From: Tortispora ganteri
Lineage: Eukaryota
Direction of reading: 5' to 3'
Assembly: GCA_003707115.1 (NCBI GenBank)
Contig: PPNB01000011.1
Coordinates: 62,001 to 126,000, forward strand
DNA: 64,000 nucleotides
The notes under the pieces are model-generated. The model had not been told where the DNA came from and ran no database searches. It saw nothing but the letters and a program-made list of their open reading frames with translations. Positions 42,101 through 52,578 of this stretch are shown one piece after another; within the stretch, counting starts at the first letter, position 1; each line of letters begins with the position of its first letter. The translations under genes and the position numbers were made by a program.

Positions 42101-43968
42101 ATATTGATTCCTTGGGTGCCGTATCAATAAATGGTGATACCCGAGGAAATATTGCGTCAGACTCCTCTTTATTCGATTTGCTGGTTGCTATTATACAGGG
42201 AGGACTTGGTGATTTAGTTCCTGGTTTTAATTCTGGAGTAAACTTTGCTGCTGATGCTTGTACTCTACTCGCAGTTAGCTTTGAAATCATTTTAAAATTG
42301 TGCCGGTCTGAACTTACTGCCAATATAACTCTTGAGTACCTTCGACAGAAAGACTTTTTCCTATCAATCTTAGATGGTCAGAAATTCCTCACCAATCGAA
42401 CATTATGGGACGGTACTAAATTCGATGACTCTGACGAGTTTTTCCTGTCTGATGGTTCCAAAGCGCTTGAAGGCTTTTTGAGCTACCGAGCTAGCGCATT
42501 GGAATGCCTTGCACGTGAGTTGTACGACTGTGTCGATAATGAGAAAACCAGTACTGTTACTAAATATATGACTGCTCTATTATCATCAGGAAATAATTCA
42601 AAAGGGCTGTCGGATGAGTATGCTACTCTTCTTTTCTTTTTGGATATTTGGGATTTGAGAATAACAGTGCCTAACTTGACCGACATTCAGTTAGACTCCC
42701 CTTGGAATAAACTGAACATACAATCATGTGTGAGACAGAAAAAAGATGGAAGGTATGAATTAGACCTTGACCTGGTTTCTAAGCTCATTTATTTGAAGAA
42801 GGTCGAAGTTTCTAAGCCTAATGTTTCTGAACCTTCCGCTGGCGAAGATTTTTTTTTGAGTTTTATGACTGTGGCTAAAAGAAGAGATGGAGCAGCATTT
42901 TATCAAAAGAAGGCAATGAATGCGTGGGGTCTGTTGGCATCTACAATTGCATCCATAAAGAAATCTGAACATTTCCCTGCGCTATTGGGTATATTGTATG
43001 CTCTTGTGCCGAAACTGCAAGATGCTTTTGTTGCATCAGAAATAATGGGTTCGATCATGGCTTCAGTTACTAGCGATGTTGTTGTGGCCTGTACGCTGAA
43101 TCAAGACAAAACTCCGGGAAATAACATCTCCAAAGAGCAGGCTGCCTCGGCTTTTTCTGTGGCCATAGTTGCTTTAGGTAGCCCATCTACCAATCAGCTT
43201 AATCGTGCTTCTTTATATGTCATTTGCTACTGTTATCTGCGATCTGCGACAACTGAAGATACATCATCTCAAGATCTTACCTACCAAGCTCTCAGATCTA
43301 TTTCTGACCGTATTTTGAATATCATTGGATTTGATGGGGTAACTGGAGAAGATGAGTGCCGAGATCTTGCTCTTTCATTGCTTTTAGGAATTAGCACTCT
43401 TTCCGCAGATTTGGGCAGCGACAGGATACTGAAAGCGTTAATAAGGCAGAACATTCTGTTCCAACTTGTTGACTCAATTTTGCGGTATGAGCAGAGCTTT
43501 TTAACCATTAGCAAGAAATCTATTTCGGATACCTCAAAATTCAATCTCGTTCCGGGATACATTGGATACCAATCTCTTTTGTCATTACTAACCACACTAG
43601 CTTCGAGCAAGATTGGAGCCTCGCATATTATTGAATGTGGATTGCTTGGTGTGTTCAAGAGATGCAAGTTTATTATATTTTCAGACTCCATGTCTGAATT
43701 TCAAATACAGCTGGTTTTACCTGTGTTGAGATTGATTATTGCTTGTATGATGAATGTGTCTTCACGTCTGCGAATGCTGACTAAGCTGCATGATTTCTTG
43801 GGTAGCCGTTTCCTTGGTATTGTACCGCTGTTTGCTTCACAGGCAAGTGAGCGAAATCTGCCTTTAGCTGTGCGACCTAAACATTCGGAGAATTACGACT
43901 CTATGATAAAACTATTGACTACTCTGATATCTATTTCAGAGTTCAAGAATTATTATGCTCCAGAATAA
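39148..43968 (+). CDS. NUP192: Nucleoporin Nup192/Nup205
   Basis: About 1606 aa, helical; INGEQLTLNDEF...ASALDIDELVAAELL, LYGFLVWAS and AYFDMISSLCTG; first ATG at 39148. Confidence 0.85.
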   Translation: MHWLAQDFEALRARLLEDPHDASVLEYMDDFLNLTTKKPKSTESRSRLDSKTITINGEQLTLNDEFVIQTLGVASALDIDELVAAELLFQGIDAASVFDRSPVYSAVFVYYKRLSYLIECLRLIFFGANLDFIEALLDASETGSGAKPYFSRLIDALSSTHQDLSRLDTKFHEAYLSGQSNDPDYIDMLNAQQRQTVQLFDALSVTFYALTTLSTPSSSDITNLVNFALQFKDYSSWTLQLLPPISGAFWRFCNIPIPSDSPISFYPKLKTLLASNEHWPSAILLLWLVHLSTYCRMQPEPVSLDYHNDIADPAIVAVKQGAFELLMLAARDSNPQKLDVGLYDFVSHFSSSLTSPPSILPSNILFTPLFDVLENFIVAIIRDLADILREIKIMEEDNDIEVLEHSFSEIIDDSESTPFYLEQFYILISALYRSRPDSSSHYWNDTDSDLYGFLVWASECHTSIISAAYFDMISSLCTGPDSARAAYQFFLPNPDNETTVFARTRKTFRMSWHDIFNAVSVYNISKGTKSKTADSLTVSEPKVSVEVNPDSILELMSFLRFIYETARFSNDAREYFFKEPDFALLKTLSGLLKGDFPVNGSVFLVLSAVYNPNSDKHSSDIWDIIKSMANPKPEANDAVSSTKQEQSASSINASFSSYFYSPSDVKGFIYMLHVLLNPEEDKFPHIRTGLPCSSTYWPTGVRAIVETVLSIFFETTSDAFSADERIRLQGLCLSFISDCLSRFDSDYPLFLRNSGVDLDKATFSKSFSEFLHYHPVTWVFDLLFDEKINGLFFALSSAAVELVEELEPDHPLCSAVSSTFIIIDKILGMQHVYFDLIYPSLSANSTALVSPYVLVFRGFEEVILANISFVTELAIYSCSTHSSIGKPALMILKKLANSTLFSSFPKGQSGGAEDRFLCAFSTADESRRIKLDFIYQLQSLLSDELQPEAYKAGFERVMENLQFVNDSINPDDTYPSVGYFILGYNIDSLGAVSINGDTRGNIASDSSLFDLLVAIIQGGLGDLVPGFNSGVNFAADACTLLAVSFEIILKLCRSELTANITLEYLRQKDFFLSILDGQKFLTNRTLWDGTKFDDSDEFFLSDGSKALEGFLSYRASALECLARELYDCVDNEKTSTVTKYMTALLSSGNNSKGLSDEYATLLFFLDIWDLRITVPNLTDIQLDSPWNKLNIQSCVRQKKDGRYELDLDLVSKLIYLKKVEVSKPNVSEPSAGEDFFLSFMTVAKRRDGAAFYQKKAMNAWGLLASTIASIKKSEHFPALLGILYALVPKLQDAFVASEIMGSIMASVTSDVVVACTLNQDKTPGNNISKEQAASAFSVAIVALGSPSTNQLNRASLYVICYCYLRSATTEDTSSQDLTYQALRSISDRILNIIGFDGVTGEDECRDLALSLLLGISTLSADLGSDRILKALIRQNILFQLVDSILRYEQSFLTISKKSISDTSKFNLVPGYIGYQSLLSLLTTLASSKIGASHIIECGLLGVFKRCKFIIFSDSMSEFQIQLVLPVLRLIIACMMNVSSRLRMLTKLHDFLGSRFLGIVPLFASQASERNLPLAVRPKHSENYDSMIKLLTTLISISEFKNYYAPE

Positions 43969-44034
43969 TGTAAATGATACGATTACTTTATGATCTATAT
44001 GAATATTTTTCCTTACATAAATAAAAGACATATT

Positions 44035-46164
44035 TTATAGCTCATTGGTGAGTTTCCTTGAAGCTTTTAGTGCAAGCAGTTTCTCAATAGCTTGGTCTAG
44101 AGGAATTGCTTCAGTTTTGTTCTGCTGTTTAGGATCATCACGATTTCGGATGTTAACTGAGCGAGCTTCTAATTCTTCTTGACCGACAATGAAAATGAAG
44201 TTGTATTGTTGCAGTTGACCTTGTCTGACCTTTTTCATCAATGTATTAGCACTCAAATCAGCATCAGAGTACAATCCAGCATCATGTAGCTTATAAGCAA
44301 CTTCAGAAGCATAATCGAAAAACTTGGGGCCAACAGGAACGACGAGAACTTGTCTCGGGCTAAGCCAGAATGGCCATTTACCACCGAAATGTTCAATAAG
44401 AATAGCAGTCATTCGCTCAACACTTCCAAGAATAGCCCTGTGAATCATAACAGGACGAGCGTAGTTTGAATCAGATCCTTCAGAAGAATCTGCATGATAT
44501 TGGAGATCGAATCGCTCAGGTAATTGGAAATCAAGTTGGATAGTTGCGCATTGGAAAGAGCGGCCAAGAGCATCTTGTATAGTAATATCGATCTTAGGTC
44601 CATAGAATGCGCCATCTTGAGGGTTAATTTCCCATTCAGTAGTCCAGGAATTCAAGGCTTGAGTAAGTTTTTGCTCAGCTCGATTCCAAGTTTCCAGTTC
44701 TCCGATGTAGTTCTCAGGACGAGTAGAGAGGGCAAGCTTAAACGGGAATCCGAAGTAGCCATATATACTTTTCAAGAAATCAAATATACCGGAAATTTCA
44801 GACTCGATTTGATCGAATCGACAAAATATATGGGCATCATCCTGCTGGAAACGGCGAACACGAGTAAGACCAGATAACGCGCCGGAAGCCTCATTACGGT
44901 GAAGAACGCCAAAATCAGCGACACGCCAAGGCAATTCGCGGTAAGATCGTTCTCTGTTTTTAAAGATTAAACAATGACCCGGGCAGTTCATGGGCTTCAA
45001 GCCGAACTTTTCTTTTTCAACGTCTAAAGTGAACATATCTTCACGGTATTTTTGCCAATGACCAGAAGTCTCCCAGAGCTTGGAATTATACATATTAGGT
45101 GAGATGACTTCTTGGTAACCGCGTTTGTGGTACTCTGACTTCATAAGATCGACCAGAGTGTTGTAAATACGGGCACCGTGGGGAAGCCAAAACGCTGATC
45201 CTGGCGACAATTCGGAGAAGAAGAAGAGTTCTTGATCTTTTCCAATCTTTCTGTGGTCTCTCTTAGCAGCTTCCTCAACAAACTTGAGATATTCGTCCAT
45301 TCGTTGTTTGGACGGGAACGATATGCCGTAGACGCGCTGCAAAGAGTCGTTCTTCTGGTCACCTAAGAAATAGGAAGCTGAATTTTTAGTGACTTTAAAG
45401 GCTTTAATCTTTCCAGTGTGAGGTATGTGCGGACCACGGCAGAGATCGATGAGAGTGCCACATCTATATACTGTTGTAGAAGTTCCGTCGGGGATTTTCG
45501 AGGCGATAATCTGCTGTTTGTACTTATTGTGCTTGAACATTTTGAGCAGGTTTTCCTTGGAAACTTCCAGGCGGTCGAACTTTTGTTTTTCCTTGATGAC
45601 TGAAGTGGCGATCTTCTCAAGGGGTTTATAATCCTGGTTGGAAGAGATAGTCTCGTTGGTGCCGAACTCATAGTAGAAGCCGTCAGTGAGGGGAGGGCCA
45701 ATGCAGAGGTGGCAGCCGAGATATTTCTCGCAAGCTTCGCCGAGCACATGGGCAGATGAATGCCAAAATACTTTTGTGCCTTCCTCAGTGTCGAAATCAA
45801 GGAGCTCGAGCGAGCAATCAGACTCGAGTGGACGGCCGGTATCCCAGAGGTCGCCATTGACTTTGGCAATAACCAGTGACTCCGCGAGACTTTTGCTAAT
45901 ATTTACTGCAATCTGCATAGGTGTAGTCTCGTAAGAGGTACCTTCTACAATTTTGCCATCCTTCAGAGTGATTTGGATGGGTTTACGAGGCTGCGTAGCG
46001 ATAAAGTCGTCATACTCTTTCTTTAGCGCTTCGAACATATCAATGCGGTACTGAATGTACTCAGGGAGCGGTTCGAGTTCGTTATTTTTGTTACGTTTCA
46101 GAGATAATCCGGCCATATCGGTGGCAACAGAATTTACAGCGTCTGAAGTTCTTTCAGCGACCAT
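44035..46164 (-). CDS. THS1: Cytosolic threonyl-tRNA synthetase
   Basis: TGS domain, [54 protein letters not shown] and [10 protein letters not shown]. Confidence 0.98.
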   Translation of the reverse strand: MVAERTSDAVNSVATDMAGLSLKRNKNNELEPLPEYIQYRIDMFEALKKEYDDFIATQPRKPIQITLKDGKIVEGTSYETTPMQIAVNISKSLAESLVIAKVNGDLWDTGRPLESDCSLELLDFDTEEGTKVFWHSSAHVLGEACEKYLGCHLCIGPPLTDGFYYEFGTNETISSNQDYKPLEKIATSVIKEKQKFDRLEVSKENLLKMFKHNKYKQQIIASKIPDGTSTTVYRCGTLIDLCRGPHIPHTGKIKAFKVTKNSASYFLGDQKNDSLQRVYGISFPSKQRMDEYLKFVEEAAKRDHRKIGKDQELFFFSELSPGSAFWLPHGARIYNTLVDLMKSEYHKRGYQEVISPNMYNSKLWETSGHWQKYREDMFTLDVEKEKFGLKPMNCPGHCLIFKNRERSYRELPWRVADFGVLHRNEASGALSGLTRVRRFQQDDAHIFCRFDQIESEISGIFDFLKSIYGYFGFPFKLALSTRPENYIGELETWNRAEQKLTQALNSWTTEWEINPQDGAFYGPKIDITIQDALGRSFQCATIQLDFQLPERFDLQYHADSSEGSDSNYARPVMIHRAILGSVERMTAILIEHFGGKWPFWLSPRQVLVVPVGPKFFDYASEVAYKLHDAGLYSDADLSANTLMKKVRQGQLQQYNFIFIVGQEELEARSVNIRNRDDPKQQNKTEAIPLDQAIEKLLALKASRKLTNEL

Positions 46165-46256
46165 ATCGAAGCAAATGTAGTGGTAGCAGGAAGGAAAGGG
46201 GTGAGAGACAGTCAGAGCATGAGAAGTGTATGTGGGATAAGAAAAAAAGATTTAAT

Positions 46257-46265
46257 GTCACGTGA
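46257..46265. promoter_or_regulatory. E-box GTCACGTGA in the THS1/CHO1 divergent promoter
   Basis: Full Cbf1 consensus in a 181-bp divergent gap. Confidence 0.55.
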
Positions 46266-46345
46266 TCAAAAATTCATGACGACCAATTTAACTAGACGCC
46301 CTCCCGAGGGCAGATTCAACGAGTAAGTGCACGATAACAAAGATT

Positions 46346-47065
46346 ATGGCTCCGAAAACACCAGAAAAGGAGCGCATAGCGCGTGGAAAATCAGTGCAAC
46401 TTAAAGCAGAAGAGGCTCAGTTGCGTCTACTGACGACTGACAAACGTCCATTTAATATGATCAGACTGTTACACTTAGCAGACTGCATCACCATTCTTAA
46501 TGGCACATGCGGGTTTCTGAGTATTGTCAATTGTATGAAATACTGTCTAGGCGATTCAAAAGACTTTCATTATTTGTATATAGCTATGACTTTATGTCCT
46601 ATTGGTTTGTTTTTTGACTTTATGGACGGCCGTGTCGCCAGATGGCGTAATAAGTCGTCCGTCATGGGCCAAGAGCTCGACTCGCTTGCGGATCTAATCT
46701 CATTTGGCGTAGCTCCCGCATCTTGTGCCTTCTCTTACGGTTTTCGCTCAGATTTTGACCTGCTTATACTTATATACTTTGTCATGTGCGGTCTCACTCG
46801 CCTCGCTCGCTTTAACGTCTCGACTGCACATATCCCTAAAGACAAATTCGGAAAAAGTAGGTACTTCGAAGGAACACCAATTCCCACGACTATGTCTCTG
46901 CTCCTGCTTATCTCATATTGGATGTACACCGGCCGGACGTTTGATGCCATCCCTGGTGGCGTTTGGTTTGCCGGTACCCCATTCGAAGTTCATCCGGCAG
47001 TCTCCCTCTTCTTCGTCAGTGGTTGCGCTATGATATCGCGCCGTTTACGCGTGCCCAAGCCTTAG
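46346..47065 (+). CDS. CHO1: Phosphatidylserine synthase
   Basis: CDP-alcohol phosphotransferase motif DFMDGRVAR...MGQELDSLADLISFGVAP; RLARFN and YFEGTPIP. Confidence 0.96.
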   Translation: MAPKTPEKERIARGKSVQLKAEEAQLRLLTTDKRPFNMIRLLHLADCITILNGTCGFLSIVNCMKYCLGDSKDFHYLYIAMTLCPIGLFFDFMDGRVARWRNKSSVMGQELDSLADLISFGVAPASCAFSYGFRSDFDLLILIYFVMCGLTRLARFNVSTAHIPKDKFGKSRYFEGTPIPTTMSLLLLISYWMYTGRTFDAIPGGVWFAGTPFEVHPAVSLFFVSGCAMISRRLRVPKP

Positions 47066-47309
47066 CGGTGCTGCCCTGCTTCTAATGATAGGGGTCTATA
47101 TTTTTTTATTGATTAATTACGTACCGTAGCAGTAGCGCTTACTATGCATAGTTATATGTTTGATGTCTATACTTGTATATATATAGATCGACAGAAATTC
47201 ACAGATGGCATTAAAACATTTCACTTAAAGCAAACAAACTAAAATAAATAGCAATAAAAAACCCCAAACAGCTTATCTATGCTCGTTCACTTCAATTCAC
47301 TTACTAAGA

Positions 47310-48188
47310 TTAATCAGGATTAGTAACCCTCAGAATCTTGCGTGAATAGTCCTTGTCGTCAGCCAGACTCATTGTAGAGAAACGGTTGCTCTCCAGCATC
47401 ATCGGATTTAATCGCTGATCAACCGTTAAAACCGGAGGTTTGAATGTGTTATTCTTTTCATCGAACGGGTTCGACAGCTGGCCAGGCGAATGATGAGAAA
47501 ATCCTCCTGTCTGCTCGTAATCTTGGTCGTCGTGACTGTTGCGTCTCTTCCTGATGAAGAATACAGCAAGACCAGCAACGGCGCCTATACCAGCAAGGAC
47601 GCCCACTACAATGCCTCCGATCGTACCTCCGCTAATAGATGAGCCATCGGACTTCGATGATTCCGAAGTAGCCGAGGCTGCCGGGGCCGATGAAGACGAA
47701 GAAGAAGAAGAAGACGAGCTGGACGATGAAGATGAAGAGGATACGGATGTAGTAGAAGTATCAGCAGAAGTGGAACTGGAAGATAAGCTAGTAGCAGTAG
47801 AGGTGGATGAAAGCACATTCGCCGGCAATACGCTATTGGCAGCGGCAGTAGGAGAGCTGGCAGTTTGGTCCATATTATATACGGCAAAGGCTTTGCTGCT
47901 CAGACCACATGTATCTTCGGTCCAGCCCGGGCAGCCTCCGCAGTTACTCGAAGAAGTGCTCAGACCAGAGGAAGGAGCGCTGTTACTGCAGTAGCATTCA
48001 GAGTTAGAAAGAGCGGCGTATGTGTAACCAGAGCTGGAGCATAAATCACCGCAAAATCCTAGAGAATTCCAAGTGTTGGTGCCCTTCAATTCCCATGATG
48101 TGAGCGATGTGTAGCAGCCGGTATAGGCGCCGGTATCCGCTAACACTGATGGTATCAGAGACAGCGATAGTAGTAAGGTATTTTTCAT
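47310..48188 (-). CDS. WSC-family cell wall stress sensor, Wsc1/Slg1-like
   Basis: Signal peptide (ATG 48188), Cys-rich WSC domain (YTGCY, ECYC), Ser/Thr stalk, one TM helix, VDQRLNP and C-terminal SLADDKDYSRKILRVTNPD. Confidence 0.92.
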   Translation of the reverse strand: MKNTLLLSLSLIPSVLADTGAYTGCYTSLTSWELKGTNTWNSLGFCGDLCSSSGYTYAALSNSECYCSNSAPSSGLSTSSSNCGGCPGWTEDTCGLSSKAFAVYNMDQTASSPTAAANSVLPANVLSSTSTATSLSSSSTSADTSTTSVSSSSSSSSSSSSSSSSSSAPAASATSESSKSDGSSISGGTIGGIVVGVLAGIGAVAGLAVFFIRKRRNSHDDQDYEQTGGFSHHSPGQLSNPFDEKNNTFKPPVLTVDQRLNPMMLESNRFSTMSLADDKDYSRKILRVTNPD

Positions 48189-49692
48189 TGTGCTTAAAGA
48201 AACTGGATGAGAAAAGTACTTGTGGCAATCAGACAAATACCAGAAATATAATAAAAGAAAGAGTATGTCAACAGACTAGCAGAATACACAGCTAATGAGA
48301 GCTGATTTTAGGAAAAGAAGTATGAATCACAATAGGCAGTAGACAGGGTCCTAACCGCGACTTTAGTTACGTAAGAAGGGAAACCTGCGGGAGTTTTGCC
48401 TGTAAAGAATGTCTCTCTAGCCCTTTAATAGAAGTAGGAAAAGAGAAGCGATTTGAACAACGAGAAGCAAGCCCTTATAGACAGATTTATTTAGGCCGCG
48501 GGTACGTAGGGGTCAGGTAAAATCAAATCTGGTGGTGCGAAAGAAGGCTGGGTGTGTTGTTTGTCGCGAAATCACGCAAGGGATAACACACACAAAAAGG
48601 TATAAAGGAATGTAAATAAAGGTATTCTTCGGTAGCTAAGAATCAGCGAACGTAAACAGTTCCTTCGAAAAGAATGTAAATTTTGAATAAAAGGATGAAA
48701 AGAAAGAAGAAAAAAGGTGTCAAGCGCGACAAGAAACCGTAGTTTTGTAGGTGGTAAAAGTGAGAAAACTACCGCTGGGAAAAGGAGAATGAATAAGGCC
48801 CTTGAAGGGGGTTTGTTTAAGCTTAAACATAACGCTGCATTTTAGCGAATTCAGCAAAAGAGAGGTAATATATTAAAGTTAAAGTTTTTCTATGTGGAAT
48901 AAAGAGCGGGAAACTCAAAGAAAATCGTTCCAGACGCGGTCCATGAAGTATGGAAGGGAGATTAAATGGAAAGTACTGATTGGACCGATCGATCAATATC
49001 TTGTGACTTGACAGATTGTCCGGGAATAAGTGAATCGCGCTTAGTATCGATAAAAGTGAGTAATGCAGTAAGATATAATAATAGTACAAAGATTAAACAA
49101 AGTGCAAAAGCGCGTAGAGAAAATGCAGCATGCGAAATGTTCACAATGGTTAAAAGAAAATCCCTGTGAGCTCGCTAAGCTGACGATTGCAGCTACGTAC
49201 CCCTTTTTTCTTTTTTGCGAAATTTAAGCGATCATAGGCAAGCGCTCGTTCGCATAAAGGAAAAGCCCTAATTAGCGTGTCATTAAACAAGAAACGGTTT
49301 TTGTCAAAATCCAATAAAGTTTTAGAGTTCGCATTCCAATACTCAAAGGGATAAATGCCAAACCGTGCACCATGCGTATTAGAGAATTAAAGCCGGGTAG
49401 CAGTGTAGTGTTGCAACGATGAGAGAAGCCTGTTAAAAACTCTAACAAGAATATGCATTAATTGAACGGCATTAATGAATTAAGTTGCAGTCGCCATGAA
49501 AGGAGCTGTAAGAGAGTCGGTCTTAGGAGGAGTATCACGAGATTGAGTTTCTAACGGGAGAGCCAATCAAAGAGGTGGATATAAGTGCGAAAAGCTCGCG
49601 AAGAAATCAGCAGCCGGTGCCAGCCGGGTATCACGTAAAATAGATTAGCTGGATGAAGGAAGGCAAAGGGAAAAGAGAGTGGCGAAAAAAAT

Positions 49693-50430
49693 TCACAATT
49701 GGTCTTTTCCAGGAGTTTTGAACCTCTTTGACGGGGTATCAAAGGTGTTGCCGGTCCAGGTTCCTTGAGCTGGCGAAGGCGTGCACATGTTAACAAACTC
49801 TGAGATATTGAAATGACTGGGCGTACTAGGCACTTTCAGCGATGACACTGAGCCCGACAAAGAAGACATAGGGTCACTAGTATTGCTGCTGAATTTCAGT
49901 CGCCTCGATATGGAGTCGGGCGTGTGTGTAACGTCAAATCTTGATTTCGATGCAGGCGATGGTGACGTAGCAAGGTACAGCAGCAAATCGGCACCCTCCT
50001 CCTCCTGATTGGATTTTCGTGGCGTGTGCGGAGTCTGTGGTTCGTGGTGGAGCGTCGGTTCCATAATCATGGAATTATCGCCCCAGTCGATTCTTCTAAG
50101 CGGAGATGAGAGATTGGCCCTATCGATCAGTTCGGGTATTGCAAAAGTCGGTTCTGGAACTTCGGAGAGAGTTCGCATTCTTTTGCGAGCGTTGTTCCTG
50201 GTAGATCTAGGAAACACGGCCTGTCCTTCCTTTAGGGACTGTTTGCTTGATTCTGCGTATATCTTCGGTTCGATAGACTCCAGAGAAAGGTCTTCCCATC
50301 CTCGTTTTGTTTTGAAAGATGCTAGAGCTAAACGTGTCTTTAATTGTCTCGTTATTCTCGATATTTCGGCCCTTCGAAGGACCTTCTCTGCCAGCTTGGT
50401 ATCTGCATCGCTATACAGGACTCCGCTCAT
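49693..50430 (-). CDS. Whi5/Nrm1/Stb1-family G1/S transcription regulator
   Basis: GTB motif LKTRLALASFKTKRGWEDLSLESIE, the helix EEGADLLLYLATSP and 11 S/T-P sites; first ATG at 50430. Confidence 0.78.
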   Translation of the reverse strand: MSGVLYSDADTKLAEKVLRRAEISRITRQLKTRLALASFKTKRGWEDLSLESIEPKIYAESSKQSLKEGQAVFPRSTRNNARKRMRTLSEVPEPTFAIPELIDRANLSSPLRRIDWGDNSMIMEPTLHHEPQTPHTPRKSNQEEEGADLLLYLATSPSPASKSRFDVTHTPDSISRRLKFSSNTSDPMSSLSGSVSSLKVPSTPSHFNISEFVNMCTPSPAQGTWTGNTFDTPSKRFKTPGKDQL

Positions 50431-51515
50431 TATGGAGGATGTGTGGTCAGAAGAAAGGAAAAAAAGCCCGGGCGAAACTTTATGAATATATATTTCACTA
50501 GTCGGACTCGGCTTCGTATTGTTCCACACCCGCAAGTAAATTAGCCTCTAATAAGCAACAACAGACACTAAAAATGTAACTCTTTTAGCATTAAAAGGCA
50601 TAAAAAAAAAGGAGAGGTTTGAAGAGGCAATAGCGTTCGGCCTCCTTTGGCTCTATAAATGAGAAAAGCATAAACTAAAGCCAAATTCGCATTGACCAAT
50701 AATAGCGCTTATTCTCGTTACCTTTCGAACGCGTATCCCACGAATAACATCTTAATTTACCTATTTAGTCTATCTTCCCACTGATTATAGAAACCATCCC
50801 TTCGTAAGACTGACGTAACTACTCAAATTCTTTGTAGTTTTTAGTACACCTTCTAACGTTGTCCTGTGAACACAGACGAAGCGCGAAATACCGCTATGCA
50901 CGCAGAGCGTACACCTAACCTAACCACCGCGCGACATCTTGTCAGGGCCCAAAACTGATCGCCTCCGCATGGTGGCAATGTTGGCTCGCATTAAGCGAAA
51001 CTACGCCAAAATAAGGAATTGATAAATTGTGACACTTGCAGGCCCTTTAACACTATACCATCTATGACCAGTAGGCCAGCCCAACAAGGTCGATCCCTGG
51101 TTTCGTTATCTGGCTGAATTCGCAGTCGCAATCTCATTCTCCAGGGACCACGTCATGGTGCAAGTACCACTTAAGAAATCCATATACTTTAGCGTTATTC
51201 CGTTTGCATTTAATACGTATTGACTAAACATCACGAATTGATTATCTCGGATAGCTCGTTATTGACTTCATCAGTTGGTTATTCGTGCCTTTATATTACC
51301 ACATAAGGTAATTCCTCCCAACAGCACTGAATCATTCTTGACCTTCCAATAGCGCAGGTCCGTTTCTACCCCGGAGAATCCTACCTGCACGGCTTGGGCG
51401 CGAGTGGAGTACCCCCCACTCTAACTTCTATTGAAATACTCTCGTCAAATTTCTCTCAACTTCTGATCGCACCTTCGTAAGCATCGTTTACTATTGCCAC
51501 ATTATCAGGGTTAAT

Positions 51516-52463
51516 ATGCTGCGTCTACGATTGTCTCTGACTCGCAATTTCTCGCGATCTATGGTCACTATATGTGAAGTAGGCCCGCGTGATGGCCTCC
51601 AGAATGAAAAGACGTTAGTTGCGACCAGCACGAAAGTGGAACTCATAGAACGTCTTGCTAAGTCTGGTTTAACAACTATAGAATCAACTGCCTTTGTGTC
51701 CCCTAAATGGGTGCCGCAAATGGCCGACGCCACTGATGTACTAAAGGGGATAGCTGAATCGCCGAACCTCGATCTCTCAAAGCTGTCGTTCCCTGTACTC
51801 ACCCCCAACTTGAAGGGCTTTGAGCGAGCTCTCGAGGCTAAGAGCAACCATATCGCTATTTTTGCCGCTAGCTCAGAAGGATTTAGCAAGAAAAATATTA
51901 ATTGCACTATAGAGGAAAGTCTGGAACGGTTTAAACCTGTTTGCGATGCCGCTAAGAGGAACAACGTAAAGGTCCGCGGCTATTTGTCGACCGTTATCGC
52001 GTGCCCTTATGACGGGCCCACTGATCCTAACCAAGTCGCTAAAATTACCGAAAAGCTTCTTGAAATGGGATGTTACGAAGTGTCTCTCGGTGACACAATT
52101 GGCGTTGGAACTCCTTCAACAATCGATAAGATGATCCGCACTGTCACCGCCTCAGTTCCTGCGTCTAAACTTGCTATGCATGCTCACGATACTTACGGTC
52201 AAGGTGTAGCCAACTGTACTGTTGCTCTTGATCGTGGGATCACAACATTCGACGCATCAGTAGCTGGATTGGGCGGATGTCCTTATGCCAAAGGCGCAAC
52301 AGGTAACGTTGCCACTGAAGACGTTGTATATATGCTCCAGGGTTTTGGCCTCGCAAAGGATATAGATATTGTTGAACTAGCCAAAACTGGTAAATGGATC
52401 TCTGATATTCTCGGAAGGACAGGTGCTAGAGCAGGAAATGCTATCTGTGCAAAACTCTCCTAA
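51516..52463 (+). CDS. Hydroxymethylglutaryl-CoA lyase, mitochondrial
   Basis: EVGPRDGLQNE, FVSPKWVPQMAD, EVSLGDTIG, HAHDTYGQ and GLGGCPYAKGATGNVATED; Arg-rich presequence. Confidence 0.96.
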   Translation: MLRLRLSLTRNFSRSMVTICEVGPRDGLQNEKTLVATSTKVELIERLAKSGLTTIESTAFVSPKWVPQMADATDVLKGIAESPNLDLSKLSFPVLTPNLKGFERALEAKSNHIAIFAASSEGFSKKNINCTIEESLERFKPVCDAAKRNNVKVRGYLSTVIACPYDGPTDPNQVAKITEKLLEMGCYEVSLGDTIGVGTPSTIDKMIRTVTASVPASKLAMHAHDTYGQGVANCTVALDRGITTFDASVAGLGGCPYAKGATGNVATEDVVYMLQGFGLAKDIDIVELAKTGKWISDILGRTGARAGNAICAKLS

Positions 52464-52578
52464 AACTACACGAACCTATGAAGCTCTTCGCTCAATTGAT
52501 GCAAACTTAGTCGTAAACAAATCATTCGTATAGATCTTAATTGTATAATTTTTTTTCTCTCGCATTTTATATGGCTAT

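Noticed and set aside
46165..46251. Open in-frame extension upstream of THS1 as a non-AUG mitochondrial presequence
   Set aside because: The ~29 codons contain no Arg or Lys.
47690..47800. TCT/TCA-rich microsatellite-like run; also a 9-bp duplication at 62401-62418
   Set aside because: These encode the WSC poly-Ser stalk and an acidic Ski3 linker.
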